DNA of 64,000 nt from Zygnema circumcarinatum SAG 698-1b (Eukaryota > Plantae > Zygnematophyceae), in NCBI GenBank assembly GCA_037447605.1, contig CM074823.1, positions 1,240,001 through 1,304,000 on the forward strand. The letters are read 5' to 3'. The notes below the pieces were generated by a model. The model saw only the letters and a list, made by a program, of their open reading frames with translations, was not told the DNA's origin and made no database searches. The translations under genes were made by a program, and so were the position numbers. This document shows positions 25,196 through 36,128 of this stretch, one piece after another. How positions within the stretch are numbered: the first letter of the stretch is position 1; the number at the start of each line of letters is the position of its first letter.

Positions 25196-26427
25196 CAAAC
25201 TTGCCTGATCTACTCCGGGCCGACATGGAGCTCCTGGTTCATTTAAGGCCGTTTTGAGTCAACGGTCAACAAGATACATGTTTGAAAACTGTAAAAATCG
25301 GAACTGGAACTATGGCTGAACTGTAACGGGTGACATAGACATGTGATCTTGAAAGGGGAGGAGTTGCTTGGCAGCAACAGGTGGCAGGAAGGCATAAGCA
25401 GGAGGTGGCTGGCCTTACCTAACTTAAGGAAAGTTGAAGGGAGGCAAAATCTTGCATTATTTTAAGGGAGCGTGGGAGTGTTCATTGACACCGGAGAAGA
25501 GGCAATATTACAGTAAATTTTGGAACTAATTCAGAAATAGAGGTGCTCTGAAAGTCGGTTCTTGCAACGTATTTTGAAGAAATGGTTGAGTGGAGTGATT
25601 AGAGAATGTGAATAAGTATGGGAATCAGATAAGAAGGAGGCTTTTGTATTGATTCAGCTGGAGACAATGGCTCAGTTTCATGAGAAAACAGCAGCGAAAA
25701 AGATCTTGTTGGAGCAGCAGCAGAAGCAACGGAGCTGGCTTTCTGCAAGGCGAAGGAGGTTTTTTTATTTTTTGGCCTTTGTTCTGGTTGCAGGTGAGAT
25801 CAGATCATCCCTGGCATAATTCAGGCTTTACCTGTCGTTTTGGTTTTATTTTTCCGCAGGTTCATTGACTTTCAGACGATTTCAAACTTGTTTGAAGTTA
25901 TCTTACTATCTTGCGTATCTGTTTTACTAATTTTTTTTGAAAGGCTGTCGTTCCTGCTTCATTTGAATCTTGGATGCTAACGTGTATGTGCTGTCTGAAG
26001 CCTTTTAATTACTCTGCATTCTTGCTTGGTCATTTTCGCTTCTGCACCGAAATTTTCATCCGCAATGCTGCCATCTCCTGACGTTATTATCTTTGTTTCC
26101 AGGAAATAAAAAGTGGAAAAGGGATCTTGATCTGAAAATTTGAAAAGCAGCAAAAAACTGGAACTGAAATTGAAACTAAGCTTTAATCTGGAAGTGAACT
26201 GAGACTGCAACTGGACTGAAACTGAAACTGAAACTGAAACTGAAACTGTTTTGGAAATGAAACTGGAACCTGGGAATCAACTAAACTGGAACTGGAGCTG
26301 AAACTACAACTGTCATGGAACTTGAACTGGACGTATTGAGACTGGATCATGTCAAAAAGTTCACTTTCAATAAAAAAAAAAAATAGCAAACTAATCGTAC
26401 TGACTAGTCACCAACCAATCGTGTTGG

Positions 26428-26713
26428 TTAGTCAGCAACTGCTTGCAATGGCATTTGTAAGTTCGGATATGGTTCAAATAAAGACAGAGGAACAAACAAA
26501 ATTAAAGGCTCTATTGGCAACGTCTAAGCAGAAAGGGAGAATGGGAGGGCGAGAGGGGGAGGGAGCGGTAGAGGACGAGGGAGTGGACGAGGGAGAGAGG
26601 AGAGAGTGAGGTGCCGAGACTTGAATTAATCGACGCTGAAATTCAATAATCTTGTCTTTACTATATCCCCTTCCCCTCCTGTTTGCAACAGGTGGAGTGC
26701 CTGCAGCCGTCAT
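26428..26713 (-). CDS. Hypothetical two-exon small ORF (62 aa)
   Basis: ATG at 26713 to 26621, a CT-rich GT..AG intron at 26620-26524, then 26523-26428 (TAA): MTAAGTPPVANRRGRGYSKDKIIEFQRRLIQ|TLPIEPLILFVPLSLFEPYPNLQMPLQAVAD. No recognised homology. Confidence 0.25.
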
Positions 26714-27409
26714 TCGATCGGTTGGGTTGGTGGGAGTTCGGCAGAGTATTACACAAGGTAGTGAAAAAATAAGAAAAACGGAAGTAAACTACAGACTTAA
26801 TATTACTACGGAAGTAGAATACAAGGCACGTTTGGTGAGAGCTCTTAGGATATTCCAGAGCCGTAGTGTAAAGAAATATTATATGCTGTAATGTACAGTG
26901 ATAATGTACACTATACAATGTATGTAAAATATAGGATATAGAGTATACAATGCAAGGGAAAGTGAAATAAAGAAAGTAGAGCAAGAAGAAGAAGAAGGGA
27001 ATTGGAACTGAAAACGGGACTGGAACTGGAAAGGGAACTGAAACTGGAACTAGATCCGGAACTGGTACTGGAACTGGGACTGGGACTGAAACGAGAATAC
27101 TTGATGCACAAAGATCAGAGTGGAATGGGTAAGAGATAGAACAGATGGCAGATGAGAGAAGAAGTAGGAGTGAGGAGGGCAGAGCGGGAGGGAGTGGGTG
27201 TGTTAAATGGGAGAGAAGATGGAAATAAAGTTGTTCTCTCTTTGTCTCTGTCTCTCTCTCGCGCTCTCTCTCTTCTCTTGCTTCCTTCCCCCCTTCTCCT
27301 CCGCTTTCTCTCTCTCTCCCCTTTTCCCTTGCTCCCTCCCCCCTCTCTCTCGCTTGCTCCGTCCACACTCTCACTCTGTCTCTCTCTCGCTCCCTCCCGC
27401 CCCCCGTCT

Positions 27410-27622
<213 letters not shown>

Positions 27623-27722
27623 CTCCCCCCCTCCACTCCCTCACCTCACCTCTTACTTCAGAGTAAGCTTTCAAGAAAAGGCAACACGCGAAACATTAGA
27701 GTCGGGGTCCATTGACGGTACC

Positions 27723-27854
27723 ATGAAAGGCTTGGGCCAACTCCAGGCTGCCATGTGCGCATTTTTTCTGATCCGGCGAGCTCTTATTGGGTCTTGCGTT
27801 TCAATGTACCCTCAATGGATATCCACCCTATGTAGGAAAGTAGACACGATAGAG
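27723..27854 (+). CDS. Possible first coding exon of the O-fucosyltransferase gene
   Basis: ccATG at 27723 opens MKGLGQLQAAMCAFFLIRRALIG... and ends near a strong GA|GTAAGA donor. That donor is phase 2, whereas the exon at 28253 needs phase 1, so an extra exon or a different start is required. Confidence 0.3.
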
Positions 27855-28252
27855 TAAGAAATAGGGCACGGACAGAAGAGACAGGTTTTAATATGAAGGA
27901 AATGAGGCATTTGGAGCATTCTGCTTGAAGGTGAAGGTGTTGGGCTGAGATGAAAAGGAAGGATGAAGGATGTGAAGGATTTTCGGAAAAACCTGGCATG
28001 GCATGGAATTGGATGATTTGTGACTATGCGATTCATATGTATAAGGCCCTTTCTCTATGGACTGTAGTCGAGCATTTTCCAAAAGCTATTCCCGACGCTT
28101 TTACACGTGGGAAGTCGCCATGGCAAGTTGCCTGACTACAGTTTGCAATGGAGAAAGGCCCTAAGGTCCCCCTTCCGCTATCTCTCTCCCCATTTTTTCC
28201 TTATCTAATTTTTCTATCCCGTTCCTCCCACGTTCTTGTGATTTGTTCGCAG

Positions 28253-28439
28253 CCCCTGAAAGCCCCTCACCTGCAAGCGCTGCCAAATTAATGCCCGAAG
28301 TGCAAAAACTTTTGGAAGTGGACCAGTCGGAGAAGTTTTTGTGGTATGCTCCGCATAGCGGCTTTGGAAATCAGCTCATTGGCTTCAGACATGCGCTCCG
28401 ACTTGCTGGCCTTCTTAACAGGTCATCTCTCTCGCTCTC

Positions 28440-28487
<48 letters not shown>

Positions 28488-29392
28488 CCCCTTTCTCAGC
28501 TCTCTCTCATATGTCTCTCAAGAAGTAAAATTGAATGAATTCTTCGCGGTTGGTTTTTTATAGAATAACATCGATTGCCGTTCTCCTCGTGTGTGATAAG
28601 AGGACAATGGCAGAGTTTAGCTGCAGATTTTTGAGCTCCTTTTTTCATCGTTAAAGGGCGCGCTGGATCTGCACTTTTCTTTCTTTTTTCTGAAGTCCGG
28701 ATTATTCCGCATGGGGGAATTCAGAACCCTTATCGTGCCGCCTGTTCTACGGCATTTTGATCTTTGGTTTGGGCGATGTGAATTTGGATCCGTAAAGAAA
28801 CCCGAGGCGGTGAGCTTTGAATCTCCTCCCACTACCTCTTTCCCACTCTTATTCTCACTTCTCCCTCTCTCATACCTCTCCCTCTCGCTCTCTCTTTCGT
28901 CCCCCACTCTCTCCCTCTCTCCTTTGCTTCCACCTCCATGCACGAGAGCATGAAATATTGAATTTCGACTGTTTTGTCATGTAATGGAGGGAACAGATGC
29001 GGAAAAACGCCTGGCGTGCTATATCAAGACTCCTTGTTTCTGAGAATTATGTTTCCATGGCTGATGTCGTCGACGTGTCTACCATCTCCCCGGGTGAGCA
29101 GCATGTTAGAAACATATTTCGCTTTGCAATAGCAAGGCATGAAGTAGTCCTTGAATGAACCCATTTGACGAGCGTTACCTTCGCCAAAAAGCCCTTAAGA
29201 TCTTGAAACTATAAGGATCCATATACCATAGGACCCCTCTAACTGAATACTCTCTAAGTGCACATTAGCTTAGAGGAGTTTCGTTGTTATTCACTACGGG
29301 AGGTAGACAATGGAATCACCCTGCTTGGTGCATAAGCCAACCTTTTTGAGCCGACAATACAGGTCATTGACTTCAAAGTGTTATTCGACTGA

Positions 29393-29423
<31 letters not shown>

Positions 29424-32023
29424 CCTCTCTCTCTCTCCGCTATTTACTTAGAGCTGTTCTACTGTATCCCCTCCTTGTGGGTGACGCAGGTTTGATAAAG
29501 CCTAAAATCTTAAACCTCGCATTTAATACAAAATGTTAGAGACACGTTTCGCTTTGCAAGAGCAATGCATGAAGCATCCGAAGCAACATAATGCACAAAC
29601 ATGTGCGTAAACATGTCACTGAACCATGCTTTCCATCCGAAAGCCTTGAAATTCTAGTGCTCTAAGAGACCCAACATGTGTTCCCACTCTTTTCCTTTGT
29701 GGGCTTTTTTTTCTGGGTTATGCAGAATTGGTAAGAACAATCGACCTCCGTCTGTTTGTTGCTATTCATTGTGGACTCGACGTTTCTGTGGCTCTCACAA
29801 ACTGCACATGGTGCGGAGCAGTTCTGAAGGGGCTCAATCAGTTGCAATTGCCTGAACCGTCGAAATATTTTCCGGGAGAGCCCATGGAAAGGTGTGGGCG
29901 CTTATTGGGGAATATCGGAATACCGGGAATACTTCCTGGAGAAAAATGGCCAACTGTGGAACGAGTACCTTTTGATTGCACTAATACCATTTGGACCTAC
30001 GGAAGGTGGGCTACGTTCCCATTCAAGAGGGGAGCTGGAGGGGGAGGGAGGGAGGAGGAGGAGGGAGGGAGGGAGGGAGGAGGAGGAGGGAGGGAGGGAG
30101 GGAGGGAGGGGGAGGGGGAGGGGGAGGGGGAGAGGGGGAGAGGGGGAGGGGGGAGGGTTGGGGGTAGAGGGGGGAGAGGGGGAGAGGGGGAGAGGGGGAG
30201 AGGGGGAGAGGGGGAGCTGGAGCGGGGAGGGGGAAGGCTTACTTGTTGATAGTGGGTGTGACTTGTCCCAGTGAGTTATTCCTGGACTAAAAGAAAGCTG
30301 ATGGTGCATGAGCTCCAAAGCTATTGAAGTTTGCAGTGCTTCATTAAATATAACTTTTTTTTTTTTTTTTCTTAAAGAACATAATGCTTAGAAGCAACAT
30401 CAACCTCGGCATATCTTGAAGTCGACTCTTGGTAACTGAAGTGTTCGATACATGACATGACATGGTATGGCATGGGGCATGGTTGCAGGTCAACATCTGG
30501 AAGGTTAATCGACCATTTTCGGAGTGGCAAATTGAATGGAAAATGTGCGGGATACCATCCTGGAATTCCTCCGGAATTCGAACATGAATATATTGAGAAC
30601 GGGTTGAAAGTAATGGAGAAAGATGGTCTAATGCTCCCCCAACCACGCAATGTTGTGAAACATTTGAGCATGCCGGGAACATCAGAAGCTGAAGCAATGA
30701 TATTATCACTAGGAAGCACAATGCACTATTACGATTTGGAGTCACTTAAAGCAGACGAGCGGTCCAAATTGATAAGGTGAGTAGATAACGTAAGAGTTTA
30801 CATATGTGAGGAGAAACTCACTGACATTGCACTCAAGCTTGCACTCAAGTTCCTCTCTATGACTCTTTCTCTCTCGCCCTCTCGTCGCTTTCTCTTTGTC
30901 ACTCTCATTTTCTCGCATTTTCTCCCTCTCGTTCTCTCGCCTTTCTTGCAGCTGCAAAACGTCGTTCTTGCCCTTCACCAAACCGATAATGAGAGGATCC
31001 AAAGCCTTTGCTGTGTCAAAGAAGCATTTCAACGACGACTTTGTCTGTTTGCACTACCGCGGGGGAGATGGCGCTTTCAGTGATGCTGAAGCTCGGGAGG
31101 AGTCAAAGAGGTAATTCCTCTTTTCTACGACTGTTTCCGCTACGCAGTTTTGGTGGGGTCTCTGCTAATTAACGAAACCAGCATGTTCAGGCAGAGAGGA
31201 GGGTCGAAAGTTGATTGGTTTCCATGGGCGGAACATAGTGGAATGATGGGGAAGGGAGAGGAAAGTGTGGTAGAGAGAGAAACAGTAAGACAGAGAGAGG
31301 TAGAGGCTGCTCCTTTTTTGAGCCTCTCGCTTCCTCCCCCTCTCTCTCAAGCCTACTTTGGAGAGGAAGAAATTTGCATTAATCTCATGATGGCGATGCC
31401 ATCAAAAGTACGTGTCTTATTTTTTTTGTCTATATGTTTTTCCAGAGCAATTGCTTCAGAACTTGAATCATTGAAGCAAGTATGGAGCTCAAATAACGAA
31501 CGTAATGTCACTCTTTTCATTATGAGCGATCTTAGCAACCTTAAGTGGCGAAGAAGGTTACGATCCTTTTTTGGGAAGCCCGGATACCTCACTCGATTTG
31601 CGATGGAACTCCAAGAACATGAAGAAAAGGTGCGTGTCTATCCTTTCATGCTACCCTCAAAAACCCTAAACACACCCTAAAATCTTTAAAAACCCTGATT
31701 CCTCATCACCTTGTTCTCGTCCGCAGGTCCGAAAAGTCGTTCTTGCAAGGAGGTATGGTCTATTGACTAACCGCGTTACAAAGCAAGAAGCTAAAGCTCT
31801 CATATGGCAAGATGCTCACGTTTATCCCAAGAAACCAAGTGAAGCAGATTTTAATAGAACGACCTTCGGGAAAGACCTCCTTTCTATGAACATTTATATG
31901 GAACAGGCCGTCTGCAGTTGCGCTCCGTTGGGCTTCATAGGTCACCCGGAGTCAACAATTTCCCAAAACATTCACCATTTGAGGCAAGGGGGGCTATGCA
32001 GCAGGGACTACCGTGGTTTGTAG
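28253..32023 (+). CDS. Plant O-fucosyltransferase-family (POFUT-like, GT-B) protein; 5' end unresolved
   Basis: Exons 28253-28421, 28725-28809, 28997-29093, 29726-30005, 30489-30776, 30952-31110, 31446-31629, 31727-32023 (TAG); phases are consistent. Motifs EKFLWYAPHSGFGNQL...AGLLNRTLIVPP, YVSMADVVDVS, FVCLHYRGGD, VTLFIMSD and YMEQAVCSCAPLGFIG match, from memory, the Arabidopsis At4g17430-type O-fucosyltransferase clade. Confidence 0.9.
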
Positions 32024-33307
32024 GAGGCTATCTCTCCCCCTCCTTTTCTCTCTTCCCCCTCCTGGCCTCTACGAAAAAAATGCTCTCTTTCTCTCCCGAT
32101 CTCTCCATCTCACTCTCTTCCTCTAAATCTCAAGATATCTATGTCGTTTTTCCTTCCGCTGCTTCATTTCTACGGGAAAACTATCCACTTCTCTCTCTCC
32201 CAAAGCTCGTTCTCTTTCTCTCTCTCTCTTCTTCCCTCTCCGTCTCTCTCACTTGCTTCATTCCGTATCATGTCCACCCGGGAAACCTGTTCACTCCCCT
32301 ACCTCCTAAAAATCTCCCTGGTTCCCCATTTTCTCTATCTCTCTCTCTCCCTCGCCCTCCCACTCTCTCCCTCTTTTATTATCGAACTGTCTAGCATGAT
32401 TTAAAATAGCCAATGTATGTGACTCTACGATAGCTCCAACCCTTGGATTCTCCCTCCTCTCATCTCTCTCCCATTGGTTAGTGATAGAAGCCACTAGGAT
32501 AGGATATCAGTTCAATTCAGGACTTCTCAGCAAACTGTAGAAGTCTTGTACTGTGTATGATTAGGGAGTTCCTCAGGTTCCAAAAAGGTGCCCAGAAGGC
32601 TCCCAGAAGGTTCTCAGAAGGTCTCGAGAGGGTTCCGAGTGTCTTGTACGGACACTCTCAGCAGTACCTGGCCAAGCCATTCTTTTCACTTTCTTTTCTT
32701 ATTTTATTTCCTGCTTCAGTAGGGAATGCGTTATTTGTGTTATTTCCGTTGTGTACTAGGCTTATATGTGCTGTGTGCTGTTACAGTATTTTTCCGAGTT
32801 GTTTGGTGCTAGCAGTGGGTAGGCGCACCTTTGTGATCGTTTTGGGTTCAGAGTGGGTTCAGAGTGACGGCATGTAACAGGGCATACCGCACAGCAGCGT
32901 TAAGTTTCTAGATAGTCAATTTTTCACTTTGGTAGGGAGACCCACTCATATGCCATTTAGTTTGTATTTGAAGAATAATCATGCTTTATTTTCATAAAGC
33001 ATGTGTAACACTTGTTGAGTTTTGTATCATAATTTAAAAAAAAAAAAAAACGAGAAGAGAGAGAAGAGAAAAGAAAAGTAGGAAGAAAGAGAAAAGAATA
33101 AGGATACGAGAAGGGAATCTCCTGAGTGGCCACAGCTCTCTCCATCAGTTATTAACTTTCACATGCGACCCCCTCCCCTCTTAACTGTAACTGCAGCCTG
33201 GAAACATCGAACGGGCAGTCCGGTCACTGTGCCTAAACTGAAACGATTACAGCTTTCCATAAAACTTGCAAACCTGGCAAACTGTCATTGGCTTTCTACA
33301 CCAAAAA

Positions 33308-33440
33308 GAAGTGGCATTGATCTCACGATGGCGATGATGCCAAGATCAAAATCAAATGTTACATGGACAAAGTCAGCATCATGGGGAACCACGAGGAACT
33401 GGTCGCAAAGGAACTAAGCACAAACGAAAAAAAGCTTGGA
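33308..33440 (+). repeat. Dispersed ~130-nt repeat, copy 2
   Basis: Same orientation as 24207-24326, with a ~12-nt insertion after the first 27 nt. Confidence 0.85.
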
Positions 33441-33674
33441 GCGGAAAACTGCGCCATTTTGCATTGGCTTTCTCGTTTCGAAACTCTTGAACTATTTACT
33501 TTACATTTCCATGTGCTGTGATCGAAACTGTAACTGTAACTGTGACATGGAAGCGTTGTACGGACAGTATCAACTGCTTGGCAATCCCCCTCCCTGCACG
33601 TTCCCTTCCGCGGAGCGCTCCAAAAACGAGTCCTCTGTCCGTACGGTTATGGCGGTCGGCTAATAGGAACATGT

Positions 33675-33698
33675 CACGTAGGCAAAATTGTACACGTG
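33675..33698 (+). promoter_or_regulatory. G-box module upstream of the GT92 gene, shared with the sacsin upstream region
   Basis: CACGTAGGCAAAATTGTACACGTG; its reverse complement matches 23303-23326 at 22/24 positions. Confidence 0.45.
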
Positions 33699-34683
33699 GC
33701 GTGCTAAAATTGGTGGAAACCTCTCTCATTTTTTTTTTTTAGTCTCGCGAGGTAAACGGTAGACTTCTTCCGTACGGCTTTCTCCATTTGCCTCCCGCTT
33801 CTCTCCTGACCTCTGTACTGTATCCCTCTCCCCCTCCCTCCTCCCCCTCTCTCCCTCCCTCTCTCCCTCTATCTCTCTCTCTCGCGCCCCTCCCCCCCCT
33901 CTCTCCCTCCCTCTCTCCCCCCTCTTTCTCCCTCCCTCTCTCTCCCCTCTCTCTCCCTTCCACCCCCCTCCGCCCTCTCTCTCTTCCTCTATCTCTCTCT
34001 CTCGGCTTCTTCTCTCTCTCGCGCCCCTCCTCTCACTCACTCTCCCTCTCCCTCTTGATATCCCAGCATTACGGATCGCCCTTTCCCATGCGCCCTCCCA
34101 CTTCTCTCTCTCCCTCTCATTGAACCTTCTGCCTCTTTTCAAACTTCCCTCCCTCTCGCCCCATACTCCACTCTCCATATTCTCTCTCTCTCTCTCCTTC
34201 CTCTCCCTCCCTCTCCCTCCCCCTCTCCCCTTCTCCCTCCCTCTCCCTCCCCCTCTCTCCTCCTCCCTCCCTCTCTCTCTCTCCCTCTTCCTCCTCTCCC
34301 TCTCGCCCCGTCCTCCTCTCTTTTTCTATCGCGCGCCTGTCTTCCCCCCTTCGAGAAAGCCAGCTGTTACCCTAAGCAGCCGCCCCCTCTCATCAATTTC
34401 AATACCCTTCAAAAGAAAATTACAAAAAATCCCCAAAAGGTGAAAAGTAAAATTAGGAAGCGTGAGTGCCCTTGCCAGCTGTCAACCTCGGATTGATGGC
34501 TTCCACTTCGGGCAGCATCCAAAAAACTCCAATATTGGGGGTGGTGGGAGGAGAGCCGCTGAAGCCCATAAAGGTAAATTCTTTCAGCTCAAATTCATTT
34601 CCAAAGATATTATAGACTCTTTCCACTTAAAACGTTTCATTTTTAATATCCTTTTGGTTTTTTTTTTTTTTCTTGGGTGAGAG

Positions 34684-35902
34684 ATGGATCGAGTCTCCCC
34701 ACTCCCGCCTCCTGCTTTCCCCCCTCTCCCTCCCTCTGCATCTCCCTTCTCTTCTCTCTCTATCTAGCTTTATCTCTACACCCCTCTCTCTCTCACCCAC
34801 CTTACTCTCTCCCGCACCCCCCCTCTCTCTCGCCCCCATCGTTCTTTCACACACCTCCTTTCTCCTTTTTCTCTCCGCCCCCCACTCTGTCTAGCTCCTT
34901 CCCCTCTAGCCCCCTTCTCTCTCTTTCGCCTTCTCTCTCTCTCTCTCGCTTTCTCTCGCTACCACTCTTGCTCCCTCCCTCCCTCTATCACTATCCTTCT
35001 GTCTCTTTCCCTCTCTCTTTCCCAGGATCGAGGATCGAGTAATTTGGGTTTTTGGGTTTTAGGTCGTTCGTTGAGCCCTTGAAAAATGTGCACATTTTTC
35101 CGAATTTCGAAACTGTTTACATGTGGTTGCGAGCCATTGGTTTCAGTTTTGGCGTGGTCCCAAACATAGGGACTCGTTAAAAAATGTTGAATTTTTTTTA
35201 AATCAATATGAATACTTTGTATTCTCATGAACATTTTTCTAACGGATTTTTGTTTTTCTTGATGCTCCATGTGCATGGATTCAGTTATCAGCCCAACTCG
35301 TTATATGTGCGTTGGTCGTGTTGGGATTGGTCGGATTTGAGGTATTTTCCTCTCCCCTCTTTCTCCCTCTCCCTCCCTCTTCTTCCCTCTCCCTCCCTCG
35401 TCCTCCCTCTCCCTCCCTGTTCCTCCCTCTCCCTCGCGCTTCCTCCCTCTCCCTTCCTCTTCCTCCCTCTCCCTCCCTCTTCCTCCCTCTCCCTCCCTCG
35501 TCCTCCCTGAAATTGCTGTTTCATTTCCATACCGAGGAATGCAAATAATGGGTTTCGAGAATTAGAGACAGATGTACAGATGCCTTAAAGCCCCCCAAAC
35601 CCCTCATACGCATACACTTGCTCATCTACATATGTATCTGTATGTATGCACATGCATATACATCTACCCATACACACATACATACGACATACATCGAACG
35701 CTTGCAGACTTCAAATTGGCTAGAACAGATTGATGTTAAACATGTAAAAAGTGAACGTAGAAAACTTCTGCACATACTTCCATATGCTATGTATGCTTAT
35801 GCATGTATGCATACATGCATACATACATACATACATACATACATACACACATACATAAAACATACATACATACATACATACATACATACATACATACATA
35901 CA

Positions 35903-35936
<34 letters not shown>

Positions 35937-36022
35937 CATACATATATACATACATACATACATACATACATACATACATACATACATACATACATACATA
36001 CATACATACATACATACATACA

Positions 36023-36056
<34 letters not shown>

Positions 36057-36094
36057 CATACATATATACATACATACATACATACATACATACA

Positions 36095-36128
<34 letters not shown>

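Noticed and set aside
32637-32671. Hairpin GAGTGTC-TTGTACG-GACACTC followed by CTGG, like a Helitron 3' end
   Set aside because: The base after CTRR is C, not the expected T; no matching 5' TC end or helicase remnants were seen; a 7-bp stem is common by chance.
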